NCBI GenBank assembly: GCA_903899795.1
Contig: CAIUKX010000197.1
Location: forward strand, 1-59,006
DNA length: 59,006 nt
Direction: 5' to 3'
Source of the DNA: an uncultured Flavobacteriales bacterium
GTDB taxonomy: Bacteria > Bacteroidota > Bacteroidia > Flavobacteriales_D > Crocinitomicaceae
Of this stretch, positions 9,398 through 18,780 are shown in pieces (position 1 is the stretch's first letter; each line of letters opens with the position of its first letter). Both the position numbers and the translations under genes were made by a program. The notes below the pieces were generated by a model. The model did no database searches and was not told where the DNA came from. It saw only the letters and a program-made list of their open reading frames with translations.

Positions 9398-10132
9398 ATG
9401 AATATTGTACGTTTATCTTTTTGTACTTTTACGCAACTAATTATTTTCAATATGAAACAATTTCTTCAATCTATCTTCTTCATCACTTTCTTTTCAAATT
9501 CTTTATTTGGACAAATATCGGAAGGCCATATTTCCTACAAAATCTCAACTTCAACTGATAATCCTGAGTTGCAAATGGTTATTTCGATGATGCAAGGTTC
9601 AACGATGGATGTTTATTTTTCAAAAGATAAAACCCGCTCCGAAATGACTATGGGGGCAATGATGTCTGTGGTAACGATTTCCAATAATTCGACTGATGAA
9701 ATTTTGTTATTGATGGGAGGTATGATGGGGCAAAAAGCTATGAAATCAAAACTATCAGAGATGGCTTCCAATCAAGACGATTCGATTCCAAAACCGGTTG
9801 TTACTTTGGTCGATGAAACGAAGGAAATTCAAGGATTCAAGTGTAAAAAAGCTGTATTGACCGATAGTGAAGGTGTTGAATCCATCTATTGGTATACGAC
9901 AGAAATTGAAATTGCGAAGAAAGGACAGACCTATCTGAATGACCAAATTCCAGGTTTTCCTATGGAGTTTGACCTCAATAATAATGGAATTAAAATGACA
10001 ATGATTGTTCAGGAATTTGAGAAAAAATTAGACAGAAAAAAAATTGATTCTTTGTTCGAAATGAAAATCCCAGAAGGTTATGAGACGATTTCCCAAGAGG
10101 ATTTGATGAATGGAAGTTTGGGAGGAAATTAA
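9398..10132 (+). CDS. Hypothetical secreted Met-rich protein (DUF4412/LolA-like by resemblance)
   Basis: Likely start at 9452 (MKQFLQSIFFITFFSNSLFGQ signal peptide). GHISYKI..., KEIQGFKCKKAVL and IPGFPMEF resemble the DUF4412 family. Unusually Met-rich. Confidence 0.6.
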   Translation: MNIVRLSFCTFTQLIIFNMKQFLQSIFFITFFSNSLFGQISEGHISYKISTSTDNPELQMVISMMQGSTMDVYFSKDKTRSEMTMGAMMSVVTISNNSTDEILLLMGGMMGQKAMKSKLSEMASNQDDSIPKPVVTLVDETKEIQGFKCKKAVLTDSEGVESIYWYTTEIEIAKKGQTYLNDQIPGFPMEFDLNNNGIKMTMIVQEFEKKLDRKKIDSLFEMKIPEGYETISQEDLMNGSLGGN

Positions 10133-10927
10133 CTACTGAATAATTCGACTGAAAGTAGTCAATGTGCTTCCAATCAAGATTCCATTTGCCCAATAAGTAC
10201 CTGTTTCACTGTCTGGAAGTATATCATACGTGTACTCTTCAGTATAAGTAACGATGGTTTTAGTGATAATTTTACTTCCGTTCAATTCTTCACCAACAGC
10301 ATATTGATCCAAGGATTTTTTCTCTGTAGAAGATGGATGTTCTGCAGTAACCTGTAATTTTCTGCCATCCGCTAACTCCAAAACAATCATTGAATGCTGA
10401 GCAGAAATCTGAACTTTATTAGTTATTTTAATAGGAACAATGATTTTTTCTCCTTTATCAGATATTGAATAAACCAAATCCATTTCCTTCAGCTGATTGA
10501 TAGCAACATCCCCACTTGGTGTATCAATAAGGGTTGAACCTGGCAGGCAACGACAACGATTGGGTGTTCCCCGAAATTCTCTGTCCGAATATTTGTAAAG
10601 AAATGTCCCGTCTTCCAAATCCTTCAAGGTCGGCTGCTCTTTCGCCGATGGAATACATACATCTTCAATTGGCCAGGTGTATACATCCTCTTTTTTATAA
10701 TGCTTTTTCTTGTAACCTTCTTTTGAAACTTTTATTCCTTTTTTTTCAGCCCAACATTTATTGAGGTAGCATTTTTTATCTTTTCCAGTGACTGGAGCGT
10801 ATTTGCTAAAATCACAATCGTTGTTGGTTTCTGATGACATATATAAGGAAGATTTTGGTTCAGGTGAATTGCAAAATGCAGAAAAAGAGAATGCACTCAG
10901 TAATAGAAATAATAAAGAAGTTTTCAT
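10133..10927 (-). CDS. Secreted Cys-containing protein with a C-terminal Hint (Hedgehog/intein-like) domain
   Basis: Signal peptide MKTSLLFLLLSAFSFSAF. Hint block A C127-LPGSTLIDTPSGDV, block B TAEHP, C-terminal TYDILPDSETGTYWANGILIGS. Confidence 0.8.
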   Translation of the reverse strand: MKTSLLFLLLSAFSFSAFCNSPEPKSSLYMSSETNNDCDFSKYAPVTGKDKKCYLNKCWAEKKGIKVSKEGYKKKHYKKEDVYTWPIEDVCIPSAKEQPTLKDLEDGTFLYKYSDREFRGTPNRCRCLPGSTLIDTPSGDVAINQLKEMDLVYSISDKGEKIIVPIKITNKVQISAQHSMIVLELADGRKLQVTAEHPSSTEKKSLDQYAVGEELNGSKIITKTIVTYTEEYTYDILPDSETGTYWANGILIGSTLTTFSRIIQ

Positions 10928-10946
10928 AGTTGTATATTTTTAATTT

Positions 10947-12341
10947 TTAATGTGCCACCCAAAGACTCGGATTCATACATTGCACGTTGGATCCAACCAC
11001 TTGATGGATTTCAAAGTGTGCAATTGAAACCGAATTGTTTGGCATCACAATTAATGATCCTATTGATTGTTTTGTATTTACTTTGGAACCTGCTGATACA
11101 TATGTATCCTGTAGATTAGTGTATACCGTTCTGTAGTTTCCATGTTTGATGATGACTACTTTACCAGCTCCAGGAATATTCAATACACTCGTTACTTCAC
11201 CTTCAAATACTGCCCTGACTTGTGCACTTCTTGGGGCGCTGATGTCAATTCCACTGTTATTGGTATAAACATTGTCCAAAGTCGGGTGGGGATTTTTTCC
11301 AAATCCTTCTGTTATAGTTCCTTTATCAACCGGCCAGGGAAGTTTTCCTTTGTTACTTTCGAAGTTTTTTCCTAGTGCAGCAGACTCTTTCGTTTCTGAA
11401 AAGACTTCCTCCTTTTTTGTTGCAGTTGTTTCAACTTTTGCTTCAGCAATTGATTTGTTCTCTTCAGCTGTTGTTGAGGTACTTTTCGTTTCTGTTTTTG
11501 ATGTCGCTGCAGAGGATTCTTTGTTTGCTTTTTTCTTCGCCTCAGCTGCTTCCTTTTTCTTTTTTGCTTCTGCAGCAGCTTTTCCGGCACGAATATTTGC
11601 TTCTTCGATTTCTTTTCGAATTGCCGCATTTATCTTTGCTTTCAGATGTTCCTTTTTGCGTTCATCTTCCTGCAATTGAGCCATTAACTCATTTTCTTTC
11701 GATTTGAAGCTTTGATAAACTTCCTGCTGTTTTTCTTTGTCTTTAAGAATGTCTTCCTTCTCTTTCTTTTTTTCTTCCAGTACCAGCTGTTTACGCGTTT
11801 TTTCTTTTTGGATGGATGTGATTTCCTCTTTGATTAAACCTTGATGTTGTTTGATCATTAGAAATTGTTTTTTCTGTAGATCCGAAATTTTCCCTAGGTA
11901 TTTATTTCGTTTTAAAGCTTCATAATAGGTGTCAGAGGAGAAAATATACATCATTTTTCCGTATTTATTCCGGTGTTTGTACGCATAAAGAAGTAACTTT
12001 TTGTACTGAGTTTTTAATCGATTTAACTTAGCATGAAGCTCTTTTATTTGTCGGTCTTTCTTAGTTACGAGCAATTCTGCTCCCCGGATTTGATGGTCAA
12101 AATTGGTTAGTAATTCTTCCCTGAATTTGATTTGGTTATCAATAATTTTCAATTCATTCAGTGAGGCTTCTGTGATTGATTTTGTTTTGTTTAATAAGGA
12201 TTTAGTGTTGGATATTTTTGATTCCAATCGATCTTGTTCTTTGCGTAACTTTTCACTGGTAGATTGCCCGAAAAGTGGTGAGTTCCATAATAGAATCACC
12301 AAGGCAATTATCCCGTATTTTTTATTAGTCACACTTTTCAT
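10947..12341 (-). CDS. M23/LytM-domain peptidase, EnvC-like murein hydrolase activator (coiled coil + low-complexity linker)
   Basis: N-terminal heptad-rich coiled coil, K/E/A/T-rich linker, and a C-terminal LPWPVDKGTITEGFG...GIDISAPRSAQVRAVFEGEV...IIKHGNYRTVYTNL M23 fold. Confidence 0.8.
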   Translation of the reverse strand: MKSVTNKKYGIIALVILLWNSPLFGQSTSEKLRKEQDRLESKISNTKSLLNKTKSITEASLNELKIIDNQIKFREELLTNFDHQIRGAELLVTKKDRQIKELHAKLNRLKTQYKKLLLYAYKHRNKYGKMMYIFSSDTYYEALKRNKYLGKISDLQKKQFLMIKQHQGLIKEEITSIQKEKTRKQLVLEEKKKEKEDILKDKEKQQEVYQSFKSKENELMAQLQEDERKKEHLKAKINAAIRKEIEEANIRAGKAAAEAKKKKEAAEAKKKANKESSAATSKTETKSTSTTAEENKSIAEAKVETTATKKEEVFSETKESAALGKNFESNKGKLPWPVDKGTITEGFGKNPHPTLDNVYTNNSGIDISAPRSAQVRAVFEGEVTSVLNIPGAGKVVIIKHGNYRTVYTNLQDTYVSAGSKVNTKQSIGSLIVMPNNSVSIAHFEIHQVVGSNVQCMNPSLWVAH

Positions 12342-13134
12342 AGCCTTCCGGTATTACCAAAATTAAGGGTTGTCTTTGATTTATTTCAATTTTGTCATAC
12401 GACATTTCGATGAAAATGTTATTGCGAGGCGTAATTACTTGAATGCTCATTTCACGGGGAATTGAATAATTATCAATTAATTCGCGTGATTTATAAGTCA
12501 CATAAATTTCTGTAGAATCGGAGGGACTAATGACTTCCATCCCTTTTAGATGTGTAAAGCTATTGTTAATAAGGTATTTAATAACAATGTCTTCCTTTGA
12601 TTTTCGTTCGGATCTTCTGATTTTATTTTTTCGATGTGATGATACAATATAATTGTAGGGGTCATGAATTTGAAAATACTTTTGATCTTTATCGTAATCC
12701 AATGGAATTCCAAGGAAGATTTCTTCGAGATTATGGTATTCAAAATCCACACCGAATGTTTCTTTCAGATAAGATAAATCCTCACGAATGAAACATTTGT
12801 CTTTTTTGTTTACAATGGTAAGCGTATCTCTCGAAATGATGGAATTAACGATAGGAATTTTGGCATAGGTAATCAACAGGTTGATAGCGCTGTCTTTTAC
12901 CATTCGCAGAGATGTTTTAAAAGAAACATGCCTGTTGGTATCCTTATAGTCGGTATCTATTTTTGTGTAAAAGAAATTGGGCTTGGGAATAGAAATACTA
13001 TCTAGAAGGGAAAGCATATCATTCGTTTTACGCCGATCCAGTTTTACCAAATCATCCGTTTGTTTCGTAGCCGCACAAGCAACAAAAAGAAGACATACCA
13101 CTAGATAGCTAACTGTCTTAATAAATTGGGTCAT
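12325..13134 (-). CDS. DUF4292-like lipoprotein (LolB-like)
   Basis: Start chosen at MTQFIKTVSYLVVCLLFVACAATKQ (lipobox); the track ORF extends to 13245. The TPR-DUF4292-M23 gene order is conserved in Flavobacteriia as I recall it. Confidence 0.6.
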   Translation of the reverse strand: MTQFIKTVSYLVVCLLFVACAATKQTDDLVKLDRRKTNDMLSLLDSISIPKPNFFYTKIDTDYKDTNRHVSFKTSLRMVKDSAINLLITYAKIPIVNSIISRDTLTIVNKKDKCFIREDLSYLKETFGVDFEYHNLEEIFLGIPLDYDKDQKYFQIHDPYNYIVSSHRKNKIRRSERKSKEDIVIKYLINNSFTHLKGMEVISPSDSTEIYVTYKSRELIDNYSIPREMSIQVITPRNNIFIEMSYDKIEINQRQPLILVIPEGYEKCD

Positions 13135-14929
13135 AGTAGTCCTTCTTTTCAATTTTTTTGTCCAGATTTTTATTGGTAGATCCCAGTGCTTTTGCTTTTT
13201 GCCAAAATTCAACGGCCTTATCGATTTGACCAGATTTGAATGCAATATCTCCCATATGTTCTGTGATTACCCGATCTTTTGAATTCAAATTATAAGCTTT
13301 TTCAAATTGTTCTTTAGCTTTTGGATATTCACCTTTTTGAAATAGAATCCAACCATAAGTATCTAAAAAATGTGCTTGATTGGGAGAAATTAAATTGGCT
13401 GTCTTGATCAATTCTTCTGCTCGATCCAGATCAATTTTTGCCAACCCTAGTTGATAAGCAAAATTATTCATGTTAGCAGTACTGCTAGGATCGATTGTCA
13501 ATGCTGGTTCATAGTTTGTTTTGGCTTCAGTGTATTTTTTCAAACCGAAATAAGCTTCACCTAATTGAGAATAAAATTCGGATTCAACAATTTTATCATT
13601 GACAACCATTTCTTTACCGGCCTGAAGTGTACTTTCAGCGTCGTCGTATTTTCTAAGTTGATTGGCAGCAACTCCATTCAGTAAATAAACGGATGGTATA
13701 GACGGAAAAAGCGTCAGACATTCTCTACTGTCCAAATACAAATCCGAGTAATTTCCAGCTTGATATTCCATCAACAATACCTGATTCCAAATTGTGAATT
13801 TGGTTTTGTCATATTTCACAGCTTGTTTGTAAGAGTTCAATGCTTCAGTAGTTTTTTCAGCTTTTAGCAGATAATCTCCCTGAATGGAATAGGCTTTGGC
13901 ATCTGTTGGGTATTTTTTCACGAGTATGTCGACCAATTCGTAGGCTTCCTGAGGAAGTTTAGATGGAGCATCATACATATCGATTAATATTTTCATTTTA
14001 GCATCGATTGCAACATCGTCACAAGCAAAACCTTTTTTCAATTCGGACAAATATTCTTTCTTTTTTCCTTGTTGACGGTAGATGTCAGCCAGACCAAGGT
14101 GAGCTCTTCCATTATCCGGATCGGTGATGGTTAATTGCTCGAGCATGGAAATTGCTTTGGCTTCTTGATGTGTTTGAAAGTAATAATCGACCAAAGTACC
14201 TATCAATTGAGGTTCATCTGGAAATTCTTTTCGGGCATTTTCAATTTCTTGAAGCGCTTTATTGGGTTGCTTCATCCGCAGATACAGATTGAATTTTTGA
14301 ATGGCAAATTCAGGATGTCTTCCAACTTGTTCTTCTGTTTTATCCAATGCTTTGATTGCTTCTTTATTTTTTCCAAGTCGAACAAGACATTCAGCGTAAG
14401 CATAGAGCCAGTCAACATTTCCCGGTTCTTTTTTAATTAATTTCTCGAAAGATTCTAATGCTTTGTCAAACTTATTTTGCTCAAAAAAGAGGTAAGCCAT
14501 TTCTTGTGTATACCACGTATTATCAGGAGCTAATTTTACAGCAGTTTCAATGTTCTGTACTGATTTTTCAAAGTCCTTTTTTTGCTCATACAATTCAGAT
14601 AGAGCGTAATATACAGCATCATCATCCTGACGAACTGTCAAACAATAATTCAATGATTTAATCGCATTATCAATTTCTCCTTTAGCTTTGAATCGTAATC
14701 CTTCGTGAAATTTTTCGATGTAAGGATAATCCTGAACAGATACAGCTTCTTTTTGTACTAAATTTGGTTCTTTTTTAGTCTGTTTGTGAGTACCGCACGA
14801 AAAAAGAAAAAACAACAACACTAGTGTAGCCACGTAAATTTTAATTCCTCTACAGGAGAAGAAAAGATTTTTTATGTAGATGTACTGTTGAACCTTCATG
14901 AATTTTTTACGAAATAATTGAATAATCAC
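13118..14929 (-). CDS. Tetratricopeptide-repeat lipoprotein
   Basis: Many TPR units (ALxxYxxAxxxxPxN patterns) and a lipoprotein-type signal LLFFLFSCG. A start at 14899 (MKVQQY) would avoid overlap with the upstream gene. Confidence 0.85.
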   Translation of the reverse strand: MIIQLFRKKFMKVQQYIYIKNLFFSCRGIKIYVATLVLLFFLFSCGTHKQTKKEPNLVQKEAVSVQDYPYIEKFHEGLRFKAKGEIDNAIKSLNYCLTVRQDDDAVYYALSELYEQKKDFEKSVQNIETAVKLAPDNTWYTQEMAYLFFEQNKFDKALESFEKLIKKEPGNVDWLYAYAECLVRLGKNKEAIKALDKTEEQVGRHPEFAIQKFNLYLRMKQPNKALQEIENARKEFPDEPQLIGTLVDYYFQTHQEAKAISMLEQLTITDPDNGRAHLGLADIYRQQGKKKEYLSELKKGFACDDVAIDAKMKILIDMYDAPSKLPQEAYELVDILVKKYPTDAKAYSIQGDYLLKAEKTTEALNSYKQAVKYDKTKFTIWNQVLLMEYQAGNYSDLYLDSRECLTLFPSIPSVYLLNGVAANQLRKYDDAESTLQAGKEMVVNDKIVESEFYSQLGEAYFGLKKYTEAKTNYEPALTIDPSSTANMNNFAYQLGLAKIDLDRAEELIKTANLISPNQAHFLDTYGWILFQKGEYPKAKEQFEKAYNLNSKDRVITEHMGDIAFKSGQIDKAVEFWQKAKALGSTNKNLDKKIEKKDYYDPIY

Positions 14930-15914
14930 TTAAGCTCAAATCTCGAGCCAAACCTTTGTATTTCGCATTTGATCCCAACATTGAGTCTTTCAGATTAGCG
15001 TCCATGATGATCGCATTGTCTTGTAAAATACTGTTTTTGATAATAGAATTGGTGACCATCGAACCTTTACCCAAGGAAACATGAGGACCAACGATAGAGT
15101 TTTCTAAAATCACATCTTTCCCAATGTAGCAGGGAGGGATGATAATGGAATTGATTAATTTTGAATCCGGATGTACCATTTCGATGTTTTTTTCACGATC
15201 AAATTCAAGTACACGTTGATTGGTTACAACAGTTACCTCTTTGTTTCCACAGTCGAGCCATTCGGTTACTTCACCGGGTCTGAATTTTTTCCCGGATTCA
15301 GTTAATCGTCTTAAAGCATCGGGTAACTGGTATTCGCCACTTTTGATGATATTGTTATCAATCAAATATTCACATTCTTTTCGTAGAGCAGCACCATCTT
15401 TGAAATAGTAAATTCCAATCATGGCCAGATCCGATACAAACACTGAAGGTTTTTCAACAAAGTCAGTAATGTTACCTTCGTTATCCAACTTTACAACTCC
15501 AAAAGCTGATGGGTCTTCAATTTGTTTTACCCACAAAACACCATCTGCATTTTGATCGATTTTGAAATCAGCTTTGAAAAGTGTATCAGCAAAAGCAACA
15601 ACTACTGGACCATCTAAAACTTCTTTTGCACATAAAACGGCATGTGCGGTTCCAAGTGCTTTGTCCTGGTAGAAGATAGAGCCTTTAGCCCCCAGTTTTT
15701 CGGCAACATTAATCAGTTCGTCTTCGATCTCTTTTCCGAAATCACCAATAACGAAGGCAATTTCTTCAATTTTTTCGCTGCACATCGCTGAAATATCTTC
15801 CACCAAGCGGTGAACGATCGGTTTTCCTCCAACTGGTAACAAAGGTTTAGGTACGGTTAATGTGTGAGGACGTAAACGGCTTCCTCTTCCTGCCATCGGC
15901 ACAATTACTTTCAT
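14907..15914 (-). CDS. Sugar-phosphate nucleotidyltransferase with C-terminal left-handed beta-helix
   Basis: PMAGRGSRLRPHTLTVPKPLLPVGGKPI signature plus C-terminal hexapeptide repeats. Confidence 0.8.
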   Translation of the reverse strand: MKVIVPMAGRGSRLRPHTLTVPKPLLPVGGKPIVHRLVEDISAMCSEKIEEIAFVIGDFGKEIEDELINVAEKLGAKGSIFYQDKALGTAHAVLCAKEVLDGPVVVAFADTLFKADFKIDQNADGVLWVKQIEDPSAFGVVKLDNEGNITDFVEKPSVFVSDLAMIGIYYFKDGAALRKECEYLIDNNIIKSGEYQLPDALRRLTESGKKFRPGEVTEWLDCGNKEVTVVTNQRVLEFDREKNIEMVHPDSKLINSIIIPPCYIGKDVILENSIVGPHVSLGKGSMVTNSIIKNSILQDNAIIMDANLKDSMLGSNAKYKGLARDLSLSDYSIIS

Positions 15915-15974
15915 ATTTTTATGTATTAGAAAGATTTATGAAATGCATCTCACTTTCTCTCAATTAATGTCAAT

Positions 15975-16409
15975 TTATTTTATTCCTGTACTTCCGAATC
16001 CTCCAGCACCTCTTTCGGTATTGGTTAATTCTTCTACACGAACCCACTCGGCTTGTTCCACTTTTGCAAAAACCAATTGAGCAATTCGCTCACCATTTTC
16101 AATTACAAAATCTTCATTCGACAAGTTAATCAGAATTACTCCGACTTCACCTCGGTAATCTGCGTCAACAGTTCCCGGAGAATTCAATACCGTAATCCCT
16201 TTTTTCAAAGCCAATCCACTGCGGGGACGAACTTGTCCTTCAAATCCTTTTGGAATTTCAAGAAAGATCCCTGTTTTGACTAAAGTTCTTTCAAAAGGTT
16301 TAAGCACGATTGCTTCCGTTAAATTTGCCCGAAGGTCAACTCCTGCAGATGCTTCCGTTTCGTAGGTGGGTAAAGAATGTTGAGAAGAATTTATAATTTT
16401 AACTTGCAT
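15975..16409 (-). CDS. dut: dUTP diphosphatase
   Basis: [29 protein letters not shown] and [10 protein letters not shown] motifs. Confidence 0.95.
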   Translation of the reverse strand: MQVKIINSSQHSLPTYETEASAGVDLRANLTEAIVLKPFERTLVKTGIFLEIPKGFEGQVRPRSGLALKKGITVLNSPGTVDADYRGEVGVILINLSNEDFVIENGERIAQLVFAKVEQAEWVRVEELTNTERGAGGFGSTGIK

Positions 16410-16453
16410 CTATAATGTATTTCAATAACCGCCAAATATAATGAAAAAAATGG

Positions 16454-16497
16454 AGATATATGTAGGGACAACTCGCGAGTTGTCCCTACATATATCT
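16454..16497. repeat. Perfect 44-nt palindrome (REP-like or terminator hairpin) overlapping the flippase stop codon
   Basis: AGATATATGTAGGGACAACTCG|CGAGTTGTCCCTACATATATCT; all 22 pairs verified by hand. The core recurs at 57327-57358. Confidence 0.85.
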
Positions 16498-17968
16498 ACG
16501 ACATTTTCGAAACTTTACTTTTCACAGGTTTCTCCATGTACCAGATGATGGCTATATAGATTAAGATCAGTAAATTATTTACAAATATTTTCACTATTGA
16601 TCCTTCTGAAAAATGGAAAATTCCTGCGATATAAAACAAGAAAATGGCTAATCCCAAATACAAGAAAAACTTCCTGAGATTGTATTTAATCGGATAATAC
16701 CTTTGGCCTAATACATAAGACATTACCATTTGAAATGCATAAACAATCATAGTAGCCCAGGCACTTGCCATGTATCCGTAGGAAGGAATGAAAATAACAT
16801 TGATAGCGATGGTAAGAATAGCACCGGCAATAGCTATGTAAGCACCAAATCGTGTTTGATTGCTCAGTTTATACCAGATACTTTGATTGATATAGACTCC
16901 AAAAAAGACGTTGGCAAGTAATAATATAGGAACCACACGTAGTCCTTCCCAATAGTCTTTATTAGGAATGAAAATTACTTTTATCAGATCAACATTTAAC
17001 GATACGAGTAAGAAAACTGCACAGACAGCGGCCACAAAATAATTCATGACTTTACGATAGATCGTATTTTTGTCATCGTTTTTGAGTTGCGCAAAAAAGA
17101 AAGGTTCAGCAGCATATCTGTAGGCTTGAATCATGATGGTGACCAGCATAGATAATTTATAGCACGCACTGTAGATACCGACCTGTGAGTTTGCGTAATT
17201 AAGTGAAGCTTCAGACCGGCCGTTGTCAAGGATGTTCAGTAGTAAAATCCGATCAATGGTTTCATTAACGATCCCGGCTAATCCACCGATCATAATTGGC
17301 AATGCATATATGATCATTGTTTTAGCCAATTGAGGATTGAACTTAAACTTAAGGTTTAAAAAATCTTTGTATAAAAATACTGGCTTAACTAAGGATGAAA
17401 AGAGATTTGCTGAAAGGATAAAGATGACGCCTTCTTCTGGTTTTGTTTTGTCGAAAACGACAAGCATCAAAAATAAATTCAAGCCAATATTTACAGCAAT
17501 TGATACAGTTTGAATTAAGGCAAATTTCGCTGCTCTTTCCTCTGCTCTCAGTTTTGCAAGTGGAAGAGAAGAAACAGCATCGATACAAACAATGGCGCCA
17601 AGCAGTACAATAAATTCAGTATGTTCAGCTACTTTTAAGGTGTTGGCTATCTCTTGATTGAAGGTGATAATCAATAGAAAAAATAGTATATTGATTCCAA
17701 TTACTGTTAGAAAGCTATTTGAAAAGACTTGATTTTTATCCTCTTTATTTTGAAGGAATCGGAAAAAGGCTGTTTCCATTCCAAAGCTTAAGAATACAAC
17801 CAGAAATGCAACCCAAGCATACAATTGAGACACAACTCCATAATCTTTCGCTGATGCAAAAGCGGCAATATAAATAGGAACTAATAGAAAATTCAACATC
17901 CTGCCAATAATGCTTGGCAAGCCGTAAATGGCAGTTTGACCCAATAATTTTTTTATCGGGTTGGACAT
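16496..17968 (-). CDS. Polysaccharide biosynthesis/flippase family membrane protein (MOP superfamily)
   Basis: 490 aa, about 14 TM. N-terminus LLGQTAIYGLPSIIGRMLNFLLVPIY is typical of the family. Confidence 0.7.
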   Translation of the reverse strand: MSNPIKKLLGQTAIYGLPSIIGRMLNFLLVPIYIAAFASAKDYGVVSQLYAWVAFLVVFLSFGMETAFFRFLQNKEDKNQVFSNSFLTVIGINILFFLLIITFNQEIANTLKVAEHTEFIVLLGAIVCIDAVSSLPLAKLRAEERAAKFALIQTVSIAVNIGLNLFLMLVVFDKTKPEEGVIFILSANLFSSLVKPVFLYKDFLNLKFKFNPQLAKTMIIYALPIMIGGLAGIVNETIDRILLLNILDNGRSEASLNYANSQVGIYSACYKLSMLVTIMIQAYRYAAEPFFFAQLKNDDKNTIYRKVMNYFVAAVCAVFLLVSLNVDLIKVIFIPNKDYWEGLRVVPILLLANVFFGVYINQSIWYKLSNQTRFGAYIAIAGAILTIAINVIFIPSYGYMASAWATMIVYAFQMVMSYVLGQRYYPIKYNLRKFFLYLGLAIFLFYIAGIFHFSEGSIVKIFVNNLLILIYIAIIWYMEKPVKSKVSKMS

Positions 17969-18744
17969 TAATTTCTGAAATTAGGTTTTCTTTTTTCTAA
18001 AAATGCGGTTGTACCTTCTGTAAAATCAGCTGTTCCGAAACATTTTCCAAATTCTTCGATTTCTACATCATAACCGTGAATTCCGTCGTTGTAATTGGCA
18101 TTCACTGAACGAATAGCTGACGCAATTGCTGATGGTGAATTATTCAATATTTTTCCTGCAATTTCTTCTGCTTTTGCGATTAAATCTTGAGGTTCAACAA
18201 CGTGATTCACTAATCCCCATTTCAAAGCATCTTCTGCATTGATCATTCCTGCTGTGAAAACCATTTCGTTCGCTTTTCCTCGACCAACCAATTGTGCTAA
18301 ACGCTGTGTTCCGCCATATCCCGGAATTACTCCCAAAGAAACTTCCGGTAAACCCATACGTGCATTTGAAGAAGCAATACGGATGTGTGAAGCCATGGCT
18401 AATTCCAATCCTCCACCCAATGCAAAACCGTTGATGGCTGCTATAACCGGTGTAGATAAATTTTCGATGTGATTGAACAATATTGCCTGACCGTTCTGTG
18501 CCAGTTTCGCTCCTTGTTCTATGCTGAAATCCGAAAATTCCTTAATATCTGCACCAGCTACAAATGATTTTTCTCCAGATCCGGTTAAGATGATGACTCC
18601 GGTTCCTTTGTCTTCATTAGCATGCGTAAGAGCCTTGTTTAACTCGTCAATTGTTTCTTTGTTTAAAGCATTTAACTGACTTGGACGATTGATCGTAATG
18701 ATTTGAATTTGTCCGCGTTGTTCGGTAAGAATATTGTTGTACAT
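17968..18744 (-). CDS. Enoyl-CoA hydratase/isomerase (crotonase)
   Basis: SFVAGADIKEF and INGFALGGGLELAMASHIRIAS oxyanion-hole motifs. TAATG overlap with the downstream flippase gene. Confidence 0.9.
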   Translation of the reverse strand: MYNNILTEQRGQIQIITINRPSQLNALNKETIDELNKALTHANEDKGTGVIILTGSGEKSFVAGADIKEFSDFSIEQGAKLAQNGQAILFNHIENLSTPVIAAINGFALGGGLELAMASHIRIASSNARMGLPEVSLGVIPGYGGTQRLAQLVGRGKANEMVFTAGMINAEDALKWGLVNHVVEPQDLIAKAEEIAGKILNNSPSAIASAIRSVNANYNDGIHGYDVEIEEFGKCFGTADFTEGTTAFLEKRKPNFRN

Positions 18745-18780
18745 GTGTTCTAATTTTGATTGGTAAATATAGTATTTTTT

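Noticed and set aside
10166-10549. Possibility that the Hint domain is a bona fide intein or a polymorphic-toxin HINT
   Set aside because: There are no flanking extein halves of a host protein, no terminal His-Asn with a +1 Cys/Ser/Thr, and only 10 residues follow the domain, so there is no toxin module. It is kept as a Hedgehog/BIL-like autoprocessing candidate instead.
11272-11707. Three overlapping ORFs (11272..11679 +, 11375..11707 +, 11372..11629 -) inside the EnvC-like gene
   Set aside because: They coincide with the K/E/A-rich low-complexity linker (GAA/AAA/GCA repeats), which stays open in several frames. The translations are compositionally absurd (poly-F/S/L or poly-K/Q/R).
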